Positions 23,105-35,103 of a stretch of 64,000 bases of DNA are shown here, piece after piece. The notes under the pieces were generated by a model. The model ran no database searches. It saw only the letters and a program-made list of their open reading frames with translations, and was not told where the DNA came from. Every line of letters begins with the position of its first letter. Position 1 is the stretch's first letter. Source of the DNA: Malacoraja senta (lineage: Eukaryota); assembly GCA_038087875.1 (NCBI GenBank), contig CM075987.1, forward strand, positions 25,856,001 through 25,920,000, given 5' to 3'. Both the position numbers and the translations under genes were made by a program.

Positions 23105-25710
23105 CAAAAGCTGATTAGGGAGAGTCAGCATGGTATTGTACGTGGGAGGTTGTGTCTCACAAATCTGATTGGGTTTTGAAGACGTGACCAAAAACGTTGA
23201 TGAGGGCAGAGCTGTAGACATTGTATATCTAGATCTCAGCAAGGTATTCAACTAGGCTCCGTATGGTAGGCTGCTCTGGAAGGTTAGATCGCATGGGATC
23301 CAAGGAGAGATAGCAGAATGGATAGAAAATTGGCTTCATGGAAGGAAGCAGAGGGTGATGGTGGAAGGTTGCTTCTCAGAATGGAGGCCTGTGACTAGTG
23401 GTGTGCCTCTAGCTTCGATGCTGGGCCCATTGCCGTTTGTCATCTACATCAATTATATAGATGAGAATATGGCGTGAATACATGGCATGATTAGCAAGTT
23501 TGCAGATGTCACAAAAGTGTGGGGGGGAATTGTAGATATTGAAGATGGCTGTCAAATATTGCAGCAGGATCTTGATTGGTTTGGCAGGTGGGCTGAGGAA
23601 TGGTTGATGGAATTTAATACAGAGAAATGGAAGGTGTTGCAATTTGGGAAGTCTAACATGGGCAAGGCCGACACTGTAAAGGTAGGTCTCTGGGGAGTGT
23701 TGTTTAGCAGAGGGATCTATGAATGCAGGTGCATAGTTCCTTGAAAATGTCATCACAGGTAGATAGGGTGGTCATAAAGGGTTTCAGATCATTGCCCTTC
23801 ATCAGTCAGAGTATTGAGTATAGAAGTTGGGAGGTGATGTTGCAGTTATATGACCTCCCGACTGGGTAGGGGGTGCTGCTCTGGGCAGCGGCCATGTCAG
23901 CAGTGCATCAGTTTTTTCAACTTTTTCTTATTTTTTAGTATGTTTTAAAGTATGTATGGTGTGTTTCTTTGTGTGTCTTGTGTGGGGGGTGGTGTGGGGG
24001 GGTAAGGGGGAAACCGCTTCGGTCGCCTCCTCCATGGAGAGGCGACTTTTTCTAGCTCGCCTCCCCCGTGGCCTAACATCAAGGATCGGCGCGGTCTTTC
24101 CCAGAGACGTGCCCGGGGCTTCAGCGGCGGGCGCAGCGTGGACTCTCGGCGTGGAGCGGGTGAGCCCTCGCTGGGGCTCGCTGGAGGGGAACGCTCCGTT
24201 TCGCTGGCCCGGGGCAGCCGGCAGCCTGAAGTCGCAGCCTGAAGTCGCGTTCTGCAGAGCTCCAGCTGGTGCGGCGTCTACAGCCCGGGATCCCTCGTGG
24301 GGGACCCGGGGGAAGAAGAAGAAGCCATCACTGCCGGCCCGCGGCCAACTTCTACAGCGGGGCCGGCATGGACTTACCAACACCCCTGCAGGGGAGCTTC
24401 GACCGCCGGCCCTGCAGTCTACGGTGCTTCTGGCTGCGGCGGAGACTTTAAATCTCGACAGCCGGCCTGCGGCCTACAACAACTTAAAGCCGCGGTCTCC
24501 GGTGAGGAAGAGCCGATCCTGGACTGACTCTGGACTTTGGTCCTGTCCACGGAGGGGAAATGGAGGAGGATTGGCCAAATTTTTGTGCCTTCCACCACAG
24601 TGTTGAATGCCGTGGTGGATGTTTGTGTTATATTTTTTTATTGTGGTTGTGTGTTCTTTATTATTGTATCGCTGCTGACAACCCAAAAATTCCACCAGCT
24701 TGGCTGTGTGGTCATTAAAATACTATACTATACTATATTAAACGTCGGTGAGGCCACATTTAAAGTAATGAGTTTACTTTTGGTCACCATGTTGGAGGAA
24801 AGATGTTGTCAAGCTGAAGATGGTGCAGAGATTTACGAGGATGTTGCCAGGACTCACGGGCCTGACCTATAGGGAGCGGTTTATTCCTTGGAGCACAGGA
24901 AGATGCGGGATGATCTTGTAAGAGGTGTACAAAATCATGAGAGGAATAGATTGGGTAAATACACAAAGCCTTTTGCCCAAAGCAGGAGAATCAAGAACCA
25001 GAGTTTAGAAGGATGAGAGGAAATCACATTGAAACATATAAGATTGTTAAGGGCTTGGACACACTAGAGGCAGGAAACATGTTCCTGATGTTGGGGGAGA
25101 CCAGAATCAGGGGCCACAGTTTAAGAATAAGGAGTAAGCCATTTAGAACGGAGATGAGGAAACACTTTTTCTCCCAGAGAGTGGTGAGTCTGTGGAATTC
25201 TCTGCCTCAGAGGGCGGTGGAGGCAGGTTCTCTGGATGCTTTCAAGAGAGAGCTAGATAGGGCTCTTAAAAATAGGGGAGTCAGGGGATATGGGGAGAAG
25301 GCAGGAATGGGGTACTGATTGGGGATGATCAGCCATGATCACATTGAATGGCGGTGCTGGCTCGAAGGGCCAAATGGCCTACTCCTGCATCTATTGTCTA
25401 TTGTCTATTGTCTATAAGATGCGGGATGATCTTGTAAGAGGTGTACAAAATCATGAGAGGAATAGATTGGGTAAATACGCAAAGCCTTTTGCCCAAAGCA
25501 GGAGAATCAAGAACCAGAGGCTTAAGGTGAGAGAGGAAAGGTTTGATAGGAACCTGAGGGGTAACCTTTACACACTGAGGGTGGTGGGTGTATGGAATGA
25601 GCTGCCAGAGGAGGTAATAGAGGCAGGAACTATTACAATGTTTAAGAAACATTTAGACAGGTACATGAATAGGACGGGTATAGAGGGATGTGGGACAAAT
25701 GCAGACAGGT
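23105..25710 (+). mobile_element. older CR1 RT region with nested insertions (23852-24738 and 25004-25415)
   Basis: Decayed RT motifs (SQHG, LD.SK.F, TSGVP, ISKFAD) continuing into RVVGVWNELPEEV. Confidence 0.85.
23852..24738 (+). mobile_element. CpG-rich non-autonomous retroelement with (tacta)n tail
   Basis: Interrupts CR1 between cagttata and aaacgtcggtgagg; GC-rich body, T-rich spacers and microsatellite tail. Confidence 0.65.
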
Positions 25711-25819
25711 TCAGTTCAGTTTAGTTTATTGTCATGTGTACTGAGGTACAGTGAAACGCTTTTGTTGCATGCTATCCAGTCGGTGGAAAGAAAATACATG
25801 ATTGTAATCGAGCCATTTA

Positions 25820-26177
25820 AGGGCCTGTCCCACTGTACGAGGTAATTCAAGAGTTCTCCCGAGTTTTGCCTGATTCGAACTCGGAGAATGTCCGTAGCGG
25901 GTCTGTAGGAGTTCGTGGATGTCTCGTAGCGGCTCGTACAAGTAAAAAGTAACCATTTTTTTCATCACGAGTATTTTTTTTACTCGTGGACATTTTTCAC
26001 AGTGTTGAAAAAACGTCACGAGTCTACCGGATTTCCCGAGTACCTACCGCTACTCGTACGAGCCGCTACGAGGCATCCACGAGCTCCTACGGAACCGTTA
26101 CGGACATTCTCCGAGTTCAAATCAGGGGAAAACTCGGGAGAGCTCTTGAATTACCCCGTACAGTGGGACAGGGGCTT
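25820..26177. mobile_element. PIF/Harbinger-like MITE with long TIRs
   Basis: Imperfect TIRs of more than 60 bp starting agggcctgtcccactgtacg; flanks tta / ttg. Confidence 0.8.
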
Positions 26178-26900
26178 TGATGCGTGAAAAGGGAATAACG
26201 TTTAATGCAAGGTAACGCCAACAAAGTCTGATCCAGGATCGTCCGAGGGTCACCAATGAGGTAGATATGTAGTATTTCAGCACTGCTCTACGGGAATAGT
26301 GTTGATGGGGCATGTTGGTCGGGGTGGGCAAGTTGGGACAAAGGGTGTGATTCCACGCTGGATGACTCTATGACCAGGCACAGAATGGGAAATTAGGTAG
26401 AAAGGTGAGACTTGTCCGGCTAATGTAATTCCGTATGTAAGTGGACCAATGCAGGGCAGCAACACCATTGAAAGCATGGCCACAGATCTTAAACTTATTT
26501 TTAATATGTAAACAAAATTAATCAAAGACCTTAAAAGCCTTAATCCACAATGAGACTAAGCCTAAAGTAAGTGGGGAAGAATCCATAAGTCAAAGGGAAT
26601 ACATTAACTGCGAGAGTGACAAACATGAGTCATGAAAATAGAATGAAAGAAGGTAGACTGAATATCAATACAACGAGAACGATCTTGCAGTCTGTGTGAA
26701 GCCGAATTAAGTGTAAGAACGTATAAGTTCAGGACATGATTTCAGATCAATGGATTTACAAGATTAAGTTAAATCCATAACTAGCTTGTGAAAATAAGTT
26801 CATGAATATTCATGATGAACATTTTCAGAAACGAACATCAATTTAAACCTTTTTTTAAAAAACATGCAAAATCCATTATTTACTTTTTAAAAATATATAA

Positions 26901-27112
26901 ATGTGATCTCCCGGTTGCCAAACACTTTAATTCCCCTTCCCATTCCCACACTGACCTTTCTGTCCTGGGCCTCCTCCACTGCCAGAGTGAAGCCCAATGC
27001 AAATTGGAGGAACAGCACCTGATATTTTGCTTGTTTCACTGTCGTCCTGTTGAGTTACTCCAGCACTTTGTGTCCATCTCCGGTTTAAACCAGCATCTGC
27101 AGTTCCTCCATA
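26901..27112 (+). mobile_element. Penelope-like element: GIY-YIG endonuclease C-terminal remnant plus PLTR end
   Basis: Peptide DLPVAKHFNSPSHSHTDLSVLGLLHCQSEAQCKLEEQHLIF. Confidence 0.75.
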
Positions 27113-28778
27113 CTCCTCTGTATTTTCCCCTGTCTAGTGATGCACATATCAGTAATTAAAAGGATCCCAGCCAAATACAAGGTGCAGCATCATTCAGAAT
27201 TATACAAGTTGAAGATTTTATTTTAACTAACATTGACATTGACATTATCTATTTCATACCACACCCATCACTGACAATATTTCAAATTGGGTGTAAAATC
27301 AGGAAGTGCAAGAAAAGGGAAAAAGTGTAGAGGTGATGGGAAGATGTGCGACAGAAAGTTATGCCTAACAATGCCCTGTAGATAAAGAGGCTGAGGTACA
27401 ATGGAAAATAGACACAAAATGATGGAGTAACTCAGCGGGTCAGGCAGCTCCTCTGGAGAAAAGGAATAGGTGACATTTTCGGGGCGAGACCCTTCTTCAG
27501 ACATTGGCCCTTGTGGCATTACGCTGAGATTGGCTTGAAAAATCACATCTGCTTGCTTCCATTATAGAGAATAAAAACTGTAGTCTGAAATAATTTTGGC
27601 AAGGATTGCTTTAAATATCTCATTGCTAAATTATTTACTGTGTAATATTATGGAATGATTTACGTTTAGTTTAGAGATACAGAGTCGAAACTGGCCCTTT
27701 TGGCCCACCAAGTCCGCGCCGACCAGCAATCCCCGCACTTTAACACTATCCTACACACACTAAGGACAATTTTTACACTTATACCAAGCCAATTAGCCTA
27801 CAAACCTGCACGTCTTTGGAGTGTGGGAGGAAAATGAAGATCTCGGAGAAAACCCACGTGGTCATGGAGAGAATGTACAAACTCCGTAGAGTAAGTTGGG
27901 AACTAATATTTCCTGTTCTACATGAATGACGCATTAGCATTGTTATAGGGAAATCAATGTTATAGGGAAATTCATGTTATGGTTAATTGCAAACAAATTA
28001 AGTTCCACATTTAATGTTATATTATTAATATTATAATGCTTTGCAAGTTATCATATTCCACCTTGTTTGTAATAGGTAATGAAATAATATGTAATAATAT
28101 GCCAGTGAAAATATCTTCATGAAAGCTGAAAATGTTTATTTTCCACTTATCTAAAGAGATATCCCGGATGAGGGATTGCAGTCCAAGGTTTTCTGTGTAA
28201 CACTGAAATATGAAACAATCATTTTTTCAGAAGAGCTGAATTGGGAAGTGTGCTTAGTAACTTTTTAAAAACTTACCGTGAAAATAAAATATTTTTCACA
28301 TTTAATTTTCAGAGCCAACCCGCGTCTATCCAATACTATATTGGAAAATTCCAATTCATGTATAACCTCACGGACCCTAATTCCTTCCGATATTCCAGAA
28401 AACGCTGCACACCAGTTTTTAATTTAGTTTAGTTCAGAGATACAGCGCAGAAACAGGCCCTTCGGCTTGGAGAGAGTGGGAATGCCGAGGTTACTTGAAG
28501 TTAGAGAAATCAATCTTCATGCCACTGGGTTGTAAGGTGCCCAAGCGAAATAAGAGATGCTGTTCCTCCAATGTGCATTTAGCCTCACTGTACACCAGTT
28601 ATCCACTCCTTTCTGCACTCTTTTTAGCTTCATGGCAACTTTCCTGTAGTAGGGAACCAAAACTAAACACAATGATACAAATTAATTAGACCTTGGTCTT
28701 GTCACATAAATATAACATCCCAAATTCTATATTCAATACCCTGACTGGTGAAGGAAGGCTAATGTAACATAAGCCTGC

Positions 28779-29083
28779 TTAGTTTAGTTTAGTTTAGAGA
28801 TACAGCGCAGAAACAGGCCCTTCAGCCCAAGTCCGCACCGACCAGCGATCCCCGCACACTAACACGATCCTACACACACTATGGACAATCTACCATTTTT
28901 ACCAAAGCCAATTAACCTCCAAACCTGTACGTTTTTGGAGTGTGGGAGGAAACCGGAGCACCCGGAGAAAACCCATGCAAGGTCACGGGGAGAGCGTACA
29001 AATTCCGTACAGACAGCACCCGTGGTCGGGATCGAGCCTGGGTCTCTGGCGCTGTGAGGCGACAACTCTACCGCTGCGCCACC
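28779..29083 (-). mobile_element. HE1-like V-SINE
   Basis: Full architecture on the minus strand. Confidence 0.85.
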
Positions 29084-30939
29084 CCTTTTTTTCCTGTAAA
29101 GTAGAAAGTAAGAAACAAGTGTATTTTGCCGCAGGGTAAGATTTATTGGTAAGAAGCCCGGCTTCACTTACTGCAACAGGCTGGAACAAAAGGATTTAGT
29201 TCATGTTCATGAATAGGTTATGACTTAGCCTGTATCCTACAGCAGTTGGCATGTCATAAATTAAACATCTATGAAACAAAACGACAAGCTAATGGACCAT
29301 CATATGAGCTATGAATTTGAAAACATTTTAGTACTTGAAAATACATATGATAAATGTATAAAATGTAAGCACAAAAGATGGAAGGCTGTCGCTCAAAGCA
29401 GTCCTTCCTAAAACGATACTGTGGCTGCAGAGAGGTCTGTACCTCGCCCATTGAATTAGACTCAATGAAGCATCTTGCATTTTTATCATTGAACTTAATA
29501 CAACTTGCTTGAATGCAGTGAATGCCAATCAAGCAGGAGATGAGAGAAGCTTAAAAATACAGCGTGGGACAAGGTTCTTTGGCCCACCGAGTCCATGCTG
29601 ACCATCGGTCACCCGGAAACTGGTTCTGTGTTATCCTGCTTTCATATACTGTACGCTGGCACTTATAATTTTACCAAAGCTAATTAACCTGCCAAACCTG
29701 CACGTCTTTGGGGTGTGGGATGAAACCAGAGGGCCCGGAGAAATCCCACGCGGTTACAGGGAGAACGTACAATTTTGACCGAAGCCAATTAACCTGCAAA
29801 CCTGTACGTCCTCGTAGCGTGAGAGGACACCGGAGGACTTGGAAAAAAGCCACGCAGGTCACGGGGAGAACGTATAAACTTCGTACGGACAGCACCCCGC
29901 AGTCAGGATTGAACCAGGGTCTGTGGCGCTGACAAGCAGTAGCTCTACTGTTGCGCCAACCCTGCCACCCACTATACCAGGAAGTTCAAGGAGTTGTTGA
30001 AAACGTTGTGTAAATGTTTTAATTTTTTTTAATTTTATTTATTAGTACATTACATTACAAACAATTACATTAGTACACATCACGTATATCTTATTACAAT
30101 TAATGTACTCCTTCATTTTTTAAAGATAATAAAAAGAAAAGGTTGAAATTAAGAAGAAGGAGAAAGTGAAAGAAATTAGTGTTAGTGTAAAAGCGTGACG
30201 AAAGAAAAGAATAAAGACCCTATAGAAGAGAAAGTTGTGTACAAATTCACGCGGTAAAAACCTGTTGCTGTACCGTGGCTGACATCCAAGGAGATAGTCG
30301 GTGGATCGAGTGCCTGATTTAATGCTTAAAATCTTTTGGCGACATTGATATGACGCCGGCAGTCGCCGAAAATATCGCCAAGTGGGACAGGCCCTTTAGT
30401 TCATATATTAGGTAATGGTTAGGAGTTCCACTCTGCCTTAGTATTGTGGCTTTACATGGGAAAGGTATTCTCCATTTACAACCTTTCACAGATCTGTCTC
30501 GTTTTCTGGAGCAGCCCTGACAAAAACCTTTGAAATGGTGTTTCAATAGAAACATAGAAAAATACGTGCAGGAATAGGCCATTTGGCCCTTCAAGCCAGC
30601 ACCATCATTCAATATGATCGTGGCTGATCATCCAAAATCAGTACCCTTTTCCTGCTTTCTCCCCATATCCCTTGATTCCTTTAGCCCTAAGAGCTAAATC
30701 TAACTCTCCCTTGAAAACATCCAGTGAACTGGCCTCCACTGCCTTCTGTGGCAGAGAATTCTACAGATTCACAACTCATTCTACAGATTTAATACAACTG
30801 TTGAAGCCATGAGTGAAAAATATGAAGGGCCAACTTGCTCATTATGATTAATATTAAACTTTGCAGTAAAAAACTGAAGAACGGATTATGTGGAACGGGA
30901 GATTCAAGTAGTAGGTGTCAACAGAACACATTTAAGAGT

Positions 30940-31273
30940 GCGCACCTCTTAAGGAGGAATAGCACCTCACATTTCGCTTGGGCAGCTTACAACTCAGCGG
31001 TATGAGTATTGATTTCTCTAGCTTCAAGTAACTCTTGTTTTCCCTCTCTCTCCGTCCCGCCCCCACCCTAGTTCTCTGACTAGTTTCTCTGTCCTTATGA
31101 TTAATTTTACTTCTTGTATTCCTCCTTGTCAACTTCTCCTCAGCTAACAATGTCCCATTCTCAACCCAAAACTTAACCCATTCCTTCTCTCCAGAGATGC
31201 TGCCTGCCCCGCTGAGTTACTCCGGCATTTTGTGTCCATCTTCGGTGTTAGCCAGCATCTGCAGTTCCTTCCT
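30940..31273 (+). mobile_element. Penelope-like 3'/PLTR fragment with 15-bp TSD
   Basis: acacatttaagagtg at about 30925-30939 and 31274-31288. Confidence 0.7.
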
Positions 31274-31406
31274 ACACATTTAAGAGTGTACTGAAAGTGT
31301 AAGTGACTTCAGCGTAAGTGACTTCGGCCAAACGAGGGCAGGTGGGACTAGCGTAGATGGGGCATCTTGGGTGGCACAGGCAAGTGGGGCCGAAGGGCCT
31401 GTATCT

Positions 31407-32150
31407 ATAATAATAATAATAATCATTTTATTTACTGGCGCCTTTCTAAAACCCAAGGACACCTTACAATGCATAGAATCACAAAAAAAAATACAAAACA
31501 CATAATCGGAATAACTTAAATATAAAAACACCACAGTACACAAATCAAGGACAGAATTCAATTTCAAGAGCACCAAAAGAAAATAAGAAACACAATTTGA
31601 GGGGAGAGCAGCGGCGACCAATTCGCGCCAGCGTCCACTCTCCCCTCCGACCGCCATCTTGTACACGGACTAACAGGCACAACACACAAAAATCATCCCC
31701 CCACAATGACCACCACTGTGGGGGAAGGCACAATGTCCAGTCCCCAACCCAGTTCTCCCCAGAGTCAGGCCCATCGAGGCCACCACAGTTGCCTCTACGG
31801 AGGCCCGATGTTCCTGGCCGTCGGGAGAGTCCTCGGAGCGGCTGGAACGGCCGGTTTCCCAGCGGAGTCGATGGCACCTGAAGCCGACAAGGCCGCGCCG
31901 ATTTGGTGCCACGAGGCTCCCGATGTTGGAGTCGGCGCCGCCGCCCGTGGCTGGTCGTACCGCAGCCCCGCAGCCCGGAGGTGTTGATGTCGGCGGTCAC
32001 CACATACCGGAGCTCCAGCGCGTCGATCCAGCGCGGCGACCCAGGCAAGGAATCGCCCGCTACGCTCCGCTCCACGATAGCGCTCCAGCGCTGTGCCGCC
32101 ACCGAAGCTGAAGGTGCTGGGCGGTCCCCATCAGGAAAACGGCGCTCCAA
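31407..32150 (-). mobile_element. CpG-rich non-autonomous retroelement with L2-like tail
   Basis: 3' end tgtaaggtgtccttggg...aaaggcgcc...aataaaatg(att)n is L2-type; the body is GC-rich. Confidence 0.6.
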
Positions 32151-33512
32151 GACTCTATGGCTCTATCTGCCTTTCTGTTTCAAACAAACCCAAAGGCTCA
32201 CTTGCATTAACATTCCACCCCAAGGAGCGGAGTGCTTACTGATGGGAATTCTAACTGGATGGGATTGCTCTGGATGGGAATCTGGCTGCAAGGTTGGTCT
32301 AAAACATCCACATTGTCAAAGAGAAAATTAATAAAGAATTAAGGAGGATTTTTTTTTCCTTTTGAGAATTGAGTAAATCGGTTGGACGCACAGAGTCTCT
32401 TGCCCAGAGTAGGGGAATCGAGGACCAGAGGACATAGGCTTAAGGTGAAGGTGAAAAGATTTAATAGAAATCTGAGGGGTAACTTTTTCACACAAAGGTT
32501 GGCGAGTGTATGGAACGAGCTGCTAGAGGAGGTAGTTGAGGCTGGGGACTATTGAAATGTTTGAGAAACATTTAGACAGGTACATGGATAGGACAAGGTT
32601 TGGAGAGATGTAGGCCAAACACAGGCAGGTGGGAGTAGCAGGTGGCAGGTGGGCCTGTTTCTGTGCTATCACTCTATGAGACATGGAAAAAAGTGCACTC
32701 TGGCCTTCCCTTCCCATTCAATGCATTCCTAAGTCTAAAGAAGGGTCTCGACCCGAAACGTCACCCATTCCTTCTCTCCAGAGATGCTGCCTGTCCCGCC
32801 GATTTACTCCGGCATTTTGTGTCTACCTTTAATACATTCCTGATCTCCACGTGACACCTAGAAATGAATTGCAGTGACATTATGTATCTGTTGGTGGCAA
32901 GAAAGAAAATTGGATCCTTGTACCTTGAAAATATAGTCACACATAATTTGTTATGAATGACAATGCATAACCGGAATAACAAATGTAATACAAGAAAATA
33001 AACTTCAAAAACCCATTACAAGGATTCACAATTACATATGCAGAACACTGTTAACAATTTGAACACCACAATTTTTTCTCCTCCATTTTTTAATTGTACA
33101 AAAATCCTAAAGCATCCTAATTGGAGCTTTCAATCCTGTTGGTGCAAGCGCTTGAGGGATGAATATATATCAGTGCTTGCTGGAGGGTTTGATATGTTTC
33201 ATCTTTAGTAGCTCCCGTTTAGAAGGACTACGTCTATTCATGTGTGCGTTCTTACATTTGGAGGGATTGATTATTCATCAACATCAGAACCATTGTCCAT
33301 AAGTCACATGAAGATCTTTAATTGGGCTTGTCTTTAGTAAGGCAGCACATTGTTGGTTGAGACTTTATTTCAGTCAATGGATGGGTTGGAGTAGATTTCG
33401 GAACCAGAGCTTGCAGCACCGGAGACCCGGGTTCGATCCCGACAACGGGTGCTGTATGTACGCCTGTTTCCACACTGTAGCACTCTATGATTCTAGGTTT
33501 GTAGGCTAATCT

Positions 33513-33909
33513 TAGGCCCCCCTTCAGTCATGGCTGACCATGGGTGTCTCCAGGGTTGGAGGACGCCTGTGCGTGACTTTGTTTAACGTGGGGAGACTGG
33601 TGCACAGACAGCCACTGACAGATCTGGGTCAGGATCCAGTGGCATGGAGTCCAAGACGACCGGAGACCCTTTCCTGCTGCAGCCTTCATCCGCCTTCCCA
33701 GCCGTTGTGACGCTCCACTGAGGTCAGCCATCGTCCTCCGCCTGTTCCACCGTTGAGGTCTTGGTTGGATTGCTCTTTGTCAGAGACCTCCCCCTCGACC
33801 TTACCGCCATGGATGGCCCCACCAGGAGCATAGCTCCAGACGGCATCGCTCTCAGGATCTCAGGTCCACACAAGCTTCTCCACCACGACAAGGTGACAAT
33901 CCATGGAGG
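33513..33909 (-). mobile_element. non-autonomous RTE-derived element inserted in a V-SINE
   Basis: The 5' sequence caccttgtcgtggtggag...tctgacaaagagcaatcc resembles RTE-clade 5' UTRs; agg(c/t)taat is duplicated at the flanks. Confidence 0.6.
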
Positions 33910-34533
33910 TTAATAGGCTTGGTATAAATGTAGACTCTCTCCCTAGTGTGTGTAGGATAGAGTTAGTGAAGTGCAAATACTGATTCAGATATTGTCATAA
34001 AACTGAAAACTGTGGTCCATTTGTGGACCTGTATTCCTTGATTCCTCTTTGGATAATTTTCACTCGTTAGTTTAGCACAAGTTATCAAAAGTTTTCTTTC
34101 GTCTTCAGATGTCAATCTAAATTCTGAGCATTATTGCATTTCAAGTCCCTCGAACTCATGCAGTTATGTAAACAATCAGGTTAATGACTCCGGTTCAGGC
34201 AGCATCTCTAGAGAGAAGGAACAACTCCAGCATCTTGCAACCAACATCTGCAGTTCCTTCTTCACACAGGTTAGTTTGGCAAGGGGCATGTCAGAGCCTT
34301 GGTCATTTAAAACACTATTTCAAACACCTGAATCACATTAAGGCTTTGTTTACTCTGCTGCTCGTTGTCAATAATGCCATGGTGTATGCTCATTTGTAAG
34401 TGCAAATCACCACATTTCCTTTTCCTTTTCTCCAGAGATGCTGCCTGGCCCACTGAGTTACTCCAGCATTTTGTACCTATCTATGGTATACACTGGCATC
34501 TGCAGTTCCTTCCTTCACAATTCATCACCACAT

Positions 34534-34775
34534 TGTAGCGTCCATCACGTCGGGGTCACCAGTGTAGCGGCCTGAACGAGGTCAGTAAAAGGCCAGACGC
34601 CAGGCGGGTTCAAGTAGTAGACTTTAATGCTTACAGGGAGAGCACACCACACACACACACCTCGAGAGCACTAAATCCAGGGTCGACTGGAAACCCCGTG
34701 GCAGACCAGTCCCCTGTCCTTCACCCGGCGAGGGGGATGATCCAAGGAGTGGCTTACCCCCCAGGGACCGCCACA
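34534..34775 (-). mobile_element. LTR retroelement remnant: 213-bp LTR plus tRNA-Trp primer binding site
   Basis: TGT...ACA termini with 8-bp imperfect inverted ends (34563-34775), attaaa signal, and PBS tggtgaccccgacgtgat at 34544-34561. Confidence 0.8.
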
Positions 34776-34781
34776 CGATGC

Positions 34782-35103
34782 TAGTTTAGTTTAGTTTAAT
34801 TTCGTTCAGAGATACAGTGCGGAAACAAACACGTTCGGCCCACCGAGTCTGCGCCGACCAGCGACCCCCGCACATTAGCACGATCCTACACACTAGGGGA
34901 CAATTTACAATTCTAACCGAAGCTAATTAACCAACAAACATGTACGTCTTTGGAGTGTGGGAGGAAACCGGAGCACCTGGAGAAAACCCACGCAGGTCAC
35001 GGGGAGAACGTAAAACTCCGTACAGACAGCGCCCGTAGTTAGGTTCGTGCCCCGGTCTCTGGCGCCGTGAGGCAGCAACTCTACCGCTGCGCCACCGTGC
35101 CAC
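34782..35103 (-). mobile_element. HE1-like V-SINE
   Basis: Full architecture on the minus strand. Confidence 0.85.

Noticed and set aside
23956..24606. 216-aa ORF, and the 201-aa ORF at 31545-32150
   Set aside because: Stop-poor GC-rich repeat bodies with no domain motifs.
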